DNA of 64,000 nucleotides, from the NCBI GenBank assembly GCA_965197905.1, contig CBDAOB010000005.1, positions 96,001-160,000 of the forward strand. Direction: 5' to 3'. Within the stretch, counting starts at the first letter, position 1; every line of letters starts with the position of its first letter. Source of the stretch: Candidatus Latescibacterota bacterium (GTDB lineage Bacteria; Latescibacterota; UBA2968; UBA8231). The translations under genes were made by a program, and so were the position numbers. This document shows, in pieces, positions 51,572-61,327 of this stretch. Under the pieces are notes generated by a model, which was not told where the DNA came from, did no database searches, and saw only the letters and a program-made list of their open reading frames with translations.

Positions 51572-53593
51572 GTGACACACCTGAGAATCAGGACCAAGAT
51601 CTTCCTCGGCACGATAATTGTATCCCTGTGTTTTATCGTATTTACCCTGTTCGCAACGAATCGTCTGATGAGCAGCATATCGGACGATCAAGCCGTGCAC
51701 AACCTTCGCATCGGGAAGAGGGCTTACGATCGATTCACCAGCTTGCGTCGCAACCTGATTGCCACCGAGGCCAGATCGCTGGCTCAGGCGCCTCATCTTC
51801 GAGCGGTTATGAACATTCCTAATGTCGATCACCAAACAGTCTGGTACACCGCGAGCCAGTTGTTTGAGGTCGTGGATGCCCCTTTGATTCTCCTGACTGA
51901 CGCTTCCGGGACGGTGTTGGCAAACACGGCCGACTCCACATCCCATGGACGGGACCTCAGTTCGCAAGAATGCGTCGAGGGAGCACTCAGGGGCGCAGAG
52001 CACAGCAGCATCTGGTACTATGCCGGCTCTCTGTTTCGAATCGTTGCGGTTCCGGTTACACTGGGGGAACAGATTCTGGGGACGCTTGTGCTCGGAGAAC
52101 GACTGGACGACGCCCATGCTCGCGAAATCAGAGAATTCACCGGTCGGGACGCGATGATCCTGCACGACGGCGAACTGGTCTGCTGGTCGACCGAGGATTC
52201 GATGGCCGAGCGGGCGACCGAGGAGGAGGTTGCGTTACTTCACGGTCAGATCGCGGCCTCCCACGACGCGTCGCCGATTACGAGCGAACTCGGAGGCAGG
52301 CGATCACTCGTAGCGATATCAAACATGTCAGACTCGAGCGCCCACATTGTGCTGTTTCAGGGTTTGCCGGAACTGGAAGGCGGTATTGCGGCCGTGCGGA
52401 ATTCGATCCTCGCTTCGGGTGTGCTGAGCATCATTCTCGCCGTCGTCCTCAGCATCTGGGTATCGTTCCGGATCAGTAAACCGATCCATCAGCTCAAGAA
52501 TGCGGCGGAACTCCTAGGACACGGACAGTTGAGGGACCGCGTTGCCATCAACTCGCAAGATGAGTTGGGCCACCTCGCCAGCACGTTCAACGCCATGGCC
52601 GATCGTCTTCAAGCGGCCTACAAAGAGCTCGAGTGTGCAAATCGCGACCTGGAGCGGCGCGTTGAAGAACGTACCGGCAGTCTTCGTCAGGAAATCGAGG
52701 ATCACAAAAGAACCGACGAAGAACGGCAAAAAGCAGAGGAGGAGCTCGCTCTCCAGAGGACGCTCGCCGCCAGGTCCGACAGACTGCGCTCACTAGGCGA
52801 GATGGCTGCCGGGATAGCCCACGAACTGAATCAACCTCTCGTCGGGGTCCGAGGACTTGCCGAGTACATCCTGATCGGGAACGAAAAGGGCTGGGACGTA
52901 TCCGGATCGCAGCTTAACGACCGACTGTCGCGCATCATCAAGGAAGCCGACCGCATGACCCACATTATCGAGCACGTGCGGATGTTCGCCCGGGAAGCGG
53001 GCAAGCCGGAGGTGTCGGATGTGTCCGCTAACGATGTCGTCCAGTCGAGTGTTGGCATGCTCGCCGCTCAGTTCCGTTCACTCGGGATCGATCTCAGAAC
53101 CTCCCTGGCTGAAGGATTACCTGTGATTCCGGTCAACGCGTTCTCGCTTGAAGAGGTCTTTCTGAACTTGCTGAGTAATGCACGTGATGCTCTCGAGGTT
53201 GTCCCCGAAGCGATAGCCGGAGGCCGATCAGTTGACATTTCGACCGCCCTGAATTCGTCGAACGGGGCACGTGGTGTCACAGTTACCGTTCGCGACAACG
53301 GCGTAGGGATTGATGCAGCTAATCTGGAGCGGGTGTTGGATCCTTTCTTTACGACCAAAGATCCCGATAAGGGAACGGGCCTCGGATTGACGATCTGCAA
53401 ATCGATCATCGAAGGATTTGGAGGCTCGTTCGAGCTGGCTTCGGAGCAAGGTGTGGGCACCGAGGTGCGGATTTGTCTTCCCTCACGAACGGCCGTGCAA
53501 CACGCCGCGAATCCCGGTCCTACCGATGGTCCGCCAACGAATGATCCGTTAGGCTCGCATCGATCTCTACCCCAGGGTGACCGCCATGATTGA
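51572..53593 (+). CDS. Membrane sensor histidine kinase (Cache-like-HAMP-HisKA-HATPase)
   Basis: Two TM; DELG.LA..FN.MA; AHELNQPL; GTGLGL. Confidence 0.93.
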   Translation: MTHLRIRTKIFLGTIIVSLCFIVFTLFATNRLMSSISDDQAVHNLRIGKRAYDRFTSLRRNLIATEARSLAQAPHLRAVMNIPNVDHQTVWYTASQLFEVVDAPLILLTDASGTVLANTADSTSHGRDLSSQECVEGALRGAEHSSIWYYAGSLFRIVAVPVTLGEQILGTLVLGERLDDAHAREIREFTGRDAMILHDGELVCWSTEDSMAERATEEEVALLHGQIAASHDASPITSELGGRRSLVAISNMSDSSAHIVLFQGLPELEGGIAAVRNSILASGVLSIILAVVLSIWVSFRISKPIHQLKNAAELLGHGQLRDRVAINSQDELGHLASTFNAMADRLQAAYKELECANRDLERRVEERTGSLRQEIEDHKRTDEERQKAEEELALQRTLAARSDRLRSLGEMAAGIAHELNQPLVGVRGLAEYILIGNEKGWDVSGSQLNDRLSRIIKEADRMTHIIEHVRMFAREAGKPEVSDVSANDVVQSSVGMLAAQFRSLGIDLRTSLAEGLPVIPVNAFSLEEVFLNLLSNARDALEVVPEAIAGGRSVDISTALNSSNGARGVTVTVRDNGVGIDAANLERVLDPFFTTKDPDKGTGLGLTICKSIIEGFGGSFELASEQGVGTEVRICLPSRTAVQHAANPGPTDGPPTNDPLGSHRSLPQGDRHD

Positions 53594-53990
53594 AGAGATG
53601 AGAATATTGGTTGCTGATGACGAGCTCAAACTACGGGAGTTCTACCGCAATGCCGCCTACATCAGTGGCTTTTCGCAGGTAGATACCGTCTCTTCAGGAG
53701 AAGAGGCTTTGACGTGCGCCATACGCAACAGATACGACCTGATAGTGCTGGATATCGCCATGCCAGGAGCTGGTGGACTTGAGATCATATCCTTGGTTAG
53801 GAATCTGACCTATCACGCCGTAATCGCAATTATCTCGGGAAGGATTCCAGCTACGATCCCGTCGGAAGCTAGAGATTGCGCCGACGCAATCATGGAGAAA
53901 CCGATAACCATCGAAATGTTTCGACATTTGTTGCAATCAGCAGCCCAAGTCAGACATATCCTTGAGGGCGTCAGAAGATTGGAGGGTTGA
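53586..53990 (+). CDS. Single-domain response regulator
   Basis: VADDE, LDIAMP, ISG, EKP. Confidence 0.88.
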   Translation: MIEEMRILVADDELKLREFYRNAAYISGFSQVDTVSSGEEALTCAIRNRYDLIVLDIAMPGAGGLEIISLVRNLTYHAVIAIISGRIPATIPSEARDCADAIMEKPITIEMFRHLLQSAAQVRHILEGVRRLEG

Positions 53991-54055
53991 TGTTGCTTGC
54001 AAACATCAGGTATATCGAGCGCCGAGGAATCGGCCTCGCACAGGAATCATAGCCG

Positions 54056-55162
54056 ATGTTCCGACAATTCGAGTCTCGCGGAGTTGACACGAAAAGAAGA
54101 GCTAGGTCGGGCGGCCCCAGGAACAAAGAGCTAATCGGCGAGGAGCTGATCAAGGGCAATATTACCGGTAACTCAACTATTCGGGGACCGAACTCTCTCC
54201 TCGTACAGGGATCCATAATTGGCACAGTCGACGAGCCCTGCAAGGTCAAGATAGACGGCGACTTGACCGTATCGGGTTCTATGCTCAATGCAGATATCCG
54301 TGCGCGTCGCGTTCATGTTGGGGCTTCCGTGAAGGGCTGTAGCATCCTTGCTGCCGGAAGGATCGAAATCAAAGGAGACACAACAGATGTCAAGGCCACG
54401 TTGTCAACCTTTGAATCACATCAGTACAAACTTGAGGAATTGCAATCGGTCATATTGCGAGCCAAGGAGGAGCTTATTGATCTCCGCCAGGCGTACAAAC
54501 AGTGCGGAAAACAGCTCAGTAAGCGCTGTCGGGCACCCCGAGCTGGAATAAATCTCAATATCGGCGGGCTATTGCGAGAACGCCGTGGATGCATAGAAGT
54601 GGATCTCAGTGTAGTGTACAACGCTTTAAAGGAACTGACAGTGCGGGAATTGGAGACGGCACTAACATCGTTCTTTAGCAAGGGAATTATCGGGTTTCTC
54701 GCCAAATCAAATCGGGAGTTCATTTCCAGGGGGCCCGCCCAGGAGAAAACCTTCCTGCGAGTAATTGGCGGATTGGCCACACTATTTGCTCAGGCTCGAG
54801 CGGTCGATCGCAAAGCCGAGGAGATCGAAAATTGCGGGCGCCAACTCGACGAAATGATCGACGAATTGACGGCCGATGAATCCGAACTCGCCATAGCAGG
54901 ACAGTTGAACCCGAATGTCACCGTCGAGTTCTTGCTCCCTTCTGCTCGAATGGGGCCAAATGGCGAACTAGAAATCAAGTACGACTCTGCGAGTTGGGCC
55001 ATTCGATCGGTCAAAAAGAACGGCGAATGGGAACTGGCGAAACGAAGTATCCACGAGGACTCTCTGATTATCTGCGGCGCCGAAGATTGGCGCAATGTCT
55101 CACTAAGGGTTTGCGAAAACAGGATCGTCATGGATTCGAACCACATAGATTCTTCCGATTGA
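54056..55162 (+). CDS. FapA/DUF342-like beta-helix and coiled-coil protein
   Basis: Repeated I.G.I/V.GS beta-solenoid turns, coiled coil, terminal IAG.L.PNV.V. Confidence 0.5.
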   Translation: MFRQFESRGVDTKRRARSGGPRNKELIGEELIKGNITGNSTIRGPNSLLVQGSIIGTVDEPCKVKIDGDLTVSGSMLNADIRARRVHVGASVKGCSILAAGRIEIKGDTTDVKATLSTFESHQYKLEELQSVILRAKEELIDLRQAYKQCGKQLSKRCRAPRAGINLNIGGLLRERRGCIEVDLSVVYNALKELTVRELETALTSFFSKGIIGFLAKSNREFISRGPAQEKTFLRVIGGLATLFAQARAVDRKAEEIENCGRQLDEMIDELTADESELAIAGQLNPNVTVEFLLPSARMGPNGELEIKYDSASWAIRSVKKNGEWELAKRSIHEDSLIICGAEDWRNVSLRVCENRIVMDSNHIDSSD

Positions 55163-55226
55163 TGCTCGGGAGAGTGCGGGTCGCTTCCTCCGCCCTCGAA
55201 TCTGGTTCTTTCGGAGATTTCATAAC

Positions 55227-56696
55227 ATGACATCGGTCTCGATGTTGCGCACAATCCTGGAGCGCTGTGGAGTCGTTCTGACTACCATTCTGGTCAGTGC
55301 CACGTGTATCCTGCTGACCATTCTCATTTCCGTTGGAGCGCTGTTGTTGACAGGCAATCAAGACTGGGGCCTCATCCTGCTCTTGTCAGTCGTCTGCCCA
55401 GCCTGCATAGCGCCTCCGATCGCCTATTCCTATAGCAGAGTGTTGCACCAACTCGAAGCCAGTCAAACCAACCTGCAGCGCGAGTTGGAGGCACGTGACC
55501 GCGCGAGCGAGCTAGCGCTGGAACTAGAGATCCAATTTCGCCAGGTACTGGAACACACCAGCGAAGCGTTTTTCATGGCGACTCCCACATTTCGTAAGTT
55601 CTACTATGTCAGTTCGGCGTATGAAACGATATGGGGCAGATCGATTGAATCGCTCTATGCCTCGCCGGCCAGTTTTCTGCGCAGTGTGTACAAGCACGAT
55701 CGAGCGAAGATTCTCAAGGAGGTGACGGCCGGTTTCCGCAATCAAGAGCACGAGTTCGAGTATCGTATAGTGCGTCCCGATGGCGAACTAAGGTGGATTC
55801 GATCCCGCTTGTTAGGTGTCGAAGGTTCGGGGGCAAATCGCCGGACGGTGGGATTTTCCGAAGACATAACGGAGCGCAAACAAGCGGAAGGGGAACTGGA
55901 GATCCAGCGCGCCCAAAGCATGCGGGCCGACCGCCTGCGATCACTGGGAGAGATGGCCGCCGGCATCGCCCACGAACTCAATCAGCCGTTGGTGGGCGTG
56001 AGAGGTCTGGCTGAACATAGCTTGATCGGCATGGACAGGGGTTGGCAGCCGGAAGACCCGACGAGCAGAGAGAGGTTTGGCAAGATTATCGAGCAAGTCG
56101 ATCGCATGGTGAACATCGTAGACCACGTTCGTCTCTTTGCGGGGGAAGCGGGAAAAGCGGAGAGTTCGACCGTAAACATCAATGAGGTCGTGCGCTCGAG
56201 TGTAGAATTGATCCGAACTCAGATGCAAACTCACGGAGTTTCGCTGGAGTGCAAGCTTGCCGATGGACTTCCGACGATCTCGGCGAATCCGTATTCACTG
56301 GAAGAGGTAGTGATCAATCTAATTAACAACGCGCGGGAGAGCATCGAGGACAGGAGAAGCAACAACGGCGACTCGTCCGGCGGACACGTGCGAATCTGCA
56401 CTAGATTCGATGGAGAGGCGGTTGGGAAGCGGGTTGAAGTCGTGGTGTCGGATGACGGTATCGGGATGCCGGTTCAGGTTCTGGAACGCGCCTTCGATCC
56501 CTTCTTTACAACCAAACCTCCCGACAAAGGTACCGGTCTTGGGCTCTCCGTGTCGCGCTCAATCGTCGAGCAGTTCGGTGGAGAGATCGAGTTGAGATCC
56601 AACGGTGTGGGTGGCGGCGCCACGGTCCGATTCTCAATTCCGGTCGGCGTCGCTGAAAGCGGTGTCGGACCAACCACGCCAGGTAGGCCGCGATGA
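55227..56696 (+). CDS. Membrane PAS sensor histidine kinase
   Basis: Two TM; EYRIVRPDGE.RWI, EDITERK; AHELNQPL. Confidence 0.93.
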   Translation: MTSVSMLRTILERCGVVLTTILVSATCILLTILISVGALLLTGNQDWGLILLLSVVCPACIAPPIAYSYSRVLHQLEASQTNLQRELEARDRASELALELEIQFRQVLEHTSEAFFMATPTFRKFYYVSSAYETIWGRSIESLYASPASFLRSVYKHDRAKILKEVTAGFRNQEHEFEYRIVRPDGELRWIRSRLLGVEGSGANRRTVGFSEDITERKQAEGELEIQRAQSMRADRLRSLGEMAAGIAHELNQPLVGVRGLAEHSLIGMDRGWQPEDPTSRERFGKIIEQVDRMVNIVDHVRLFAGEAGKAESSTVNINEVVRSSVELIRTQMQTHGVSLECKLADGLPTISANPYSLEEVVINLINNARESIEDRRSNNGDSSGGHVRICTRFDGEAVGKRVEVVVSDDGIGMPVQVLERAFDPFFTTKPPDKGTGLGLSVSRSIVEQFGGEIELRSNGVGGGATVRFSIPVGVAESGVGPTTPGRPR

Positions 56697-58183
56697 ATCT
56701 ACTCCTGATTCTGGCCGATCAGTTTCGTGCCGACTGTCTGAGACACCTGGGCAATGAGGTAATTCAGACCCCGAACCTGGACCGGCTTGCCTCCGAGGGT
56801 GTCTCCTTCACACACTGCTTCAACCAGACGGCCCCATGCGGTCCCAGCAGGATGTGCATCTATACGAGCCGGTATCTGTGTTCGACGCGGGTTGTACACA
56901 ACGGCACCCCTTTGCTGGACGCCGAGGACAACCTCGCTTTCATCCTCCGGGAGGCCGGTTACGACCCGGGACTCATTGGCTACAATACCTATACCATCGA
57001 TCCGGCCGTGTTACCCAAAGACGATGCCCGACAGACCAGCTTGAGTCAGGACAACTGCCTGCCGGGGTTCGAACGGGTGCATTACCACGTGAAGGACAGC
57101 CCAGAGTACTTCCAGTGGCTCGGTGAGCAGGGCTACCCCAAGGAGTTGCTGAACCACGACGCCATTCATTCGCCGAACGTGCCGGAGGGGGGACCAGGCG
57201 AGCATCTGCCGCAGCATTTCCCGGCTCGCTACCGCAAAGAGCACAGCGAGTGCCGCTACGTAACCGAGCGGGCCATCGAGTACGTACGCGACCGCAAGCC
57301 GGCCCCCGGAGACAAGGGATGGGTGCTGAGTCTCAACTACAACAAACCGCACCCGCCGAATATCTGCTGCGAGCCCTACTGCGACATGTATGATCCGGGG
57401 GACATGCCGCCGGCGGCGCGCTCAGCGGAAGAGCTGTCTCCGACTCATCCGTATCTGCGCAACCTGGTGCCAGAGCATCTGCAGGATGAGCTGCACTTGC
57501 AGGAGTACCGGGCCTGCTACTATGGCATGATCACCGAGGTAGACGAAAACTTGGGCCTGCTGTTCGAGGCGCTCGAGGAGAGCGGGCAGTGGGATGATAC
57601 GTTGATCATTTTCTCATCGGACCACGGTGAGCATCTGGGTGATCACTATCTGTTGTCAAAGGGCCAGTTTTTCGACGGTGGCATGCGCATCCCGTATATC
57701 ATCAAAGATCCGTCGCCCGAAGCGGATGTCACCCGTGGCCAGATTCTGCCCCATTTCGTGGAGTCCATCGATTCCGCTCCAACATTGATCGAAGCTCTGG
57801 GCGAGCAGATTCCCGATCGCTTTCAGGGACGCAGTCTTTTGGGGCTGCTGCGCAATGACCGGGAGTATGAACCCCGCGAGGATATTCATTACGAGTTCGA
57901 CTACCGGGGCCGCCGTTGGGCCGGAGAGAATCCGGATCCGGACCTCCACATTCTCTGGGTCGTGCGAGACCGGGAGTTCAAATACATCTATTTCGCCGAC
58001 CCGGAGTTTCCGCCCATCCTCTTCGATCTGAGGTCCGATCCCGACGAGTTGAACAACGTTGCAGGACTGGCAGAGTACGCCGCCATCGAGCTGAGCTGCT
58101 GCCAGAAGCTGTTGCGCTGGCGCATGTACAACGAAGATCAGCGCATGGAACACTGGGCACAGCCGCTCCGCGAAGCGGATTAG
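56693..58183 (+). CDS. Sulfatase-family hydrolase (phosphonate monoester hydrolase-like)
   Basis: ADQFR, CGPSR formylglycine motif, KPHPP, SDHGE.LGDH. Confidence 0.9.
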   Translation: MNLLLILADQFRADCLRHLGNEVIQTPNLDRLASEGVSFTHCFNQTAPCGPSRMCIYTSRYLCSTRVVHNGTPLLDAEDNLAFILREAGYDPGLIGYNTYTIDPAVLPKDDARQTSLSQDNCLPGFERVHYHVKDSPEYFQWLGEQGYPKELLNHDAIHSPNVPEGGPGEHLPQHFPARYRKEHSECRYVTERAIEYVRDRKPAPGDKGWVLSLNYNKPHPPNICCEPYCDMYDPGDMPPAARSAEELSPTHPYLRNLVPEHLQDELHLQEYRACYYGMITEVDENLGLLFEALEESGQWDDTLIIFSSDHGEHLGDHYLLSKGQFFDGGMRIPYIIKDPSPEADVTRGQILPHFVESIDSAPTLIEALGEQIPDRFQGRSLLGLLRNDREYEPREDIHYEFDYRGRRWAGENPDPDLHILWVVRDREFKYIYFADPEFPPILFDLRSDPDELNNVAGLAEYAAIELSCCQKLLRWRMYNEDQRMEHWAQPLREAD

Positions 58184-58186
58184 CTG

Positions 58187-58270
58187 TTAATGCAAAGAAG
58201 CGCAGACGGGCGCACCGCTTGCGTAGCCGACAACACCGCCGCCGATTATGCAGACATCGAACTCCGACAT
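58187..58270 (-). pseudogene. N-terminal stub of an FAD-dependent oxidoreductase
   Basis: MSEFDVCIIGGGVVG, stop after 27 aa. Confidence 0.55.
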
Positions 58271-58292
58271 TCGGTGCCCACTCTCGGGTTCG

Positions 58293-59156
58293 TTACTTGG
58301 TAAAAACCTTGTCTTCGAGGAGCCCCTGGAGTTCAAAGATGCCGCGGCCGGATCGAGGATCGGCGGGATTACGCATACGAACGGTCAGCGATTCAAGGCG
58401 GACGTTTTGTGTGGGTTCCCCACGGAGAGTGTTGGCGTTGAGGGCGTCCCAGTCTTTGGCACCGGGGAGGGACCATGCGTCCGTAGCGGCATACTCGTAG
58501 ATAAGGAGCCGGCGGGAGCTGCTCGAGTTGTTGGCGGCCGAACCGTGCAGGGTTCGGGTGTGATGGATCGAGATGTCGCCGGCCCTAAGTTCGAGGGGAA
58601 CGGCAGTGGAAAGGTCGATGCCGTCGCGCTGAGGACTGATGCCGCCGATGAAAAAGCCGTTCTGGTGATGATCGAGAACGGGTCCGGCATGGGAACCTGG
58701 AACGACCATCATACAGCCGGTTTCCTGTGTCATGTCCTCGAGGGCAATGCCGATGGCGCAGAGATCGCAGTTGGTGTGAGGATGATGGGCGAAGTCCTGG
58801 TGCCACTCCACAGGGGTGCCGCCGCTAGCCGGTTTGATGTTGACCTTGTTGCCCAGGGCGCGGATGTTGGGGCCGATGAGTGGGACAAGGCGGTCGAGGA
58901 TGCGGTCGGAACGCATCAGGGCGTCGAAGTGGGGATGGTAGCCAGAAGGGTTGCCGAGACGTCGGACCCTGGGATGTTCCGGAGTATGGTCGGGTTCGAG
59001 ATCGTAATGTCCCGAGCTCTCCGTGACTGTGCGGCTTTTTTCAATGAAATCGTCAACGATGTCATTGGCTTCAGCCATTTCCTCAGCAGTGAAGATATTC
59101 GAGAGGGTGAGGTAGCCGTTTTCTCGGTAGAAGTCGATTTGATCCCGGGTGAGCAT
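58293..59156 (-). CDS. Phytanoyl-CoA dioxygenase-family (Fe/2OG) protein
   Basis: WHQD, GCM.VVPGSH, LHGS..N....RR. Confidence 0.92.
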   Translation of the reverse strand: MLTRDQIDFYRENGYLTLSNIFTAEEMAEANDIVDDFIEKSRTVTESSGHYDLEPDHTPEHPRVRRLGNPSGYHPHFDALMRSDRILDRLVPLIGPNIRALGNKVNIKPASGGTPVEWHQDFAHHPHTNCDLCAIGIALEDMTQETGCMMVVPGSHAGPVLDHHQNGFFIGGISPQRDGIDLSTAVPLELRAGDISIHHTRTLHGSAANNSSSSRRLLIYEYAATDAWSLPGAKDWDALNANTLRGEPTQNVRLESLTVRMRNPADPRSGRGIFELQGLLEDKVFTK

Positions 59157-59353
59157 AAAGGCTCCTGGGTGATGGGGTGTGACCGACAGGGATTTACTTG
59201 CTATGTGGTACTATAATCATATAGGGCCTTTTTGAGTGATGAGCAAGTCGTGACGTCGCTTTTTTCGTCCCTTGGAGCTCCTTCCGAATCTTCGTACCAT
59301 ACCGGCACGCGGTTGGGATTCACCGAATTCGGCCTCTAAATCGCCGGAATAAA

Positions 59354-60370
59354 ATGCCAGTGGGTGAGACAGGAAGAAGGCTCGTGCTCGTCGGGGGGGA
59401 CAGGGTGGAGCTTGAGTCCTTCGAGGTACCCGAGCCGGGCTCGGGTCAGGTGCTGGTTCGTGTGCATCGAAGTCAGATTAGCGCCGGCAGCGAGAAGAAC
59501 GTGATGGTAGAGGGACCGGGCACCGACGGGGGGCGTCCGATGGGATACACGACGGCGGGGCGTGTTCTGGCTGTCGGGTCCGGGGTGGACGATTTCAAGC
59601 CGGGCGACAGAGTACTTGCCTTTGGAAACCACGGGTCCCACTGGCTGACCGGCCAGGCGTCGAGTTCCGAGCTCCACGCGTCGATACAACCTATTGAACT
59701 TGATATCACCGATGAACAGGCCGCTTTTGCCGTGCTGGGGGATGTCTCCCTCCACGGTGTGCGACGCGCGCAGCTCCAGATTGACGAGCCGGTCGCCATT
59801 TTCGGACAGGGTGTGGTCGGGCAGCTCGTGACGGCTTTTTCCCGGCTTTCCGGGGCCTATCCGATTGTTGCGGTCGATCTGGCCGCAGAGCGCTTGCGCC
59901 TAAGCGGGGTAAGTGGCGCAACCCACACGATTGATGCCTCAAAGGAGGATGCGGTCGAGGCGGTTCGCGATCTTACCAACGGAGGCGCCCGGTGCGTTTT
60001 TCATGCGACCCGCGACCCCGAAGTCCTGGTGCCCTGCATGAAAGCCGCCGGCAGCCGGGCAAAGGTAATTCTGGTGGGAAGCCCGCCGGGAACCGTAGAG
60101 ATCGGCCTCCAGGTTGAACTGCTCCGCCGGGAACTGGATATCCGGGGCGTCTATGAGCAGGGCCTGGAAAACAACCCCCATCCCTACTGGCCGTGGACCC
60201 GCCAGCGCAACCGCAAAGCGATCATGAGACTTATCGCCTCCGGCGATCTCCAGGTGGATCCCTTCATTAGCCACGTGGCCAAACCGGAAGAGGCGAACGA
60301 TCTCTACCGTAAGATTCGGGCCGGTACAGCGGGGTGGATGAGCATCTTTTTTGATTGGGAATCAGGTTGA
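59354..60370 (+). CDS. MDR-family (zinc-ADH-like) dehydrogenase
   Basis: ISAGSE, MGY...G, GQGVVG. Confidence 0.85.
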   Translation: MPVGETGRRLVLVGGDRVELESFEVPEPGSGQVLVRVHRSQISAGSEKNVMVEGPGTDGGRPMGYTTAGRVLAVGSGVDDFKPGDRVLAFGNHGSHWLTGQASSSELHASIQPIELDITDEQAAFAVLGDVSLHGVRRAQLQIDEPVAIFGQGVVGQLVTAFSRLSGAYPIVAVDLAAERLRLSGVSGATHTIDASKEDAVEAVRDLTNGGARCVFHATRDPEVLVPCMKAAGSRAKVILVGSPPGTVEIGLQVELLRRELDIRGVYEQGLENNPHPYWPWTRQRNRKAIMRLIASGDLQVDPFISHVAKPEEANDLYRKIRAGTAGWMSIFFDWESG

Positions 60371-60486
60371 TACGTATGTGATATTGAGTCTGCGCGCGAT
60401 GGTACACAGAATCGCAACCTCCTAACGCGGAGTCTTGATCAATGCGAATGTTGAGGTGTCTACCAATCGGCTTCTACCCGTGAACC

Positions 60487-61254
60487 ATGTCGGACAACAC
60501 CAAATACCCCTTGCGCAGAGCCAATGGCTCGCCGGAACTGCGCACCCCTGACGACCTGCTGGGTGAGGCAGCGGGAGATCTCGAGCAGCTTCCGGGAAAA
60601 GGGAAACCTTTAAATCTCGATACCTATTTTAAGGTGGATGCGGAGCACAGAGTGGCCAATCAGCTCCTTAGCGACAACGGGCTTATCCCCGAACAACTTC
60701 GGAAGCGGCGAGAGATCGAGGTCCTCGGACAAAAGGCCGTTGAGCTCAGTAAGCGGGAGATGGGACATCTGGAGTCGCTCCGCTCCCAACTCGAAGTAGC
60801 GGCATCCAGTTTCGTCGGCCAATTCGGCAGCCGTAGCGATCTCGAGAAGGTTATAGGTATCGACCATTGGCTTTGGGAAATTTGGCAGATCGAGTCGGGC
60901 GATCCGCAGACCCATGCAGCTGTGGAAACGGGTCGTCGGTTGGAGAAGCTCATCACCGATTGCAACCGTAGGCGCGTGCGTTTTATCGCGGAGTACAAGA
61001 GCATTCTGGAACAAGCTCAAACGGCGATCCGGCAACTCAATGCCGAGACTGTTGTTTCACGCGACCTGCCGCAGCAGATCCAACTTCCTCTATTGGATTT
61101 GCACGCTCTCATGTCCGACTTGGTGGAGATTCCCCCGCAGTTGGATTCTCTGCCTCCGGAGTGGGAACAGCGTGTCGGCGAGCTTCACGAGTCCAGTGGC
61201 TCCAGGTCGCTCGGGCTCGTTCGATTGTGGCGGCGGGTGTGCAGCCGCAAATGA
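60487..61254 (+). CDS. DUF1992/DnaJC28-domain-like protein
   Basis: GDLEQLPGKGKPLNL, RVANQLL..NG.IP. Confidence 0.6.
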   Translation: MSDNTKYPLRRANGSPELRTPDDLLGEAAGDLEQLPGKGKPLNLDTYFKVDAEHRVANQLLSDNGLIPEQLRKRREIEVLGQKAVELSKREMGHLESLRSQLEVAASSFVGQFGSRSDLEKVIGIDHWLWEIWQIESGDPQTHAAVETGRRLEKLITDCNRRRVRFIAEYKSILEQAQTAIRQLNAETVVSRDLPQQIQLPLLDLHALMSDLVEIPPQLDSLPPEWEQRVGELHESSGSRSLGLVRLWRRVCSRK

Positions 61255-61327
61255 TGCCGGTCTGCAGTAAGACGCCTCTGGTGCGTGCAAAGGCCAGCCG
61301 GAATTTCGTTCGAAGCAGACTTGGCGT

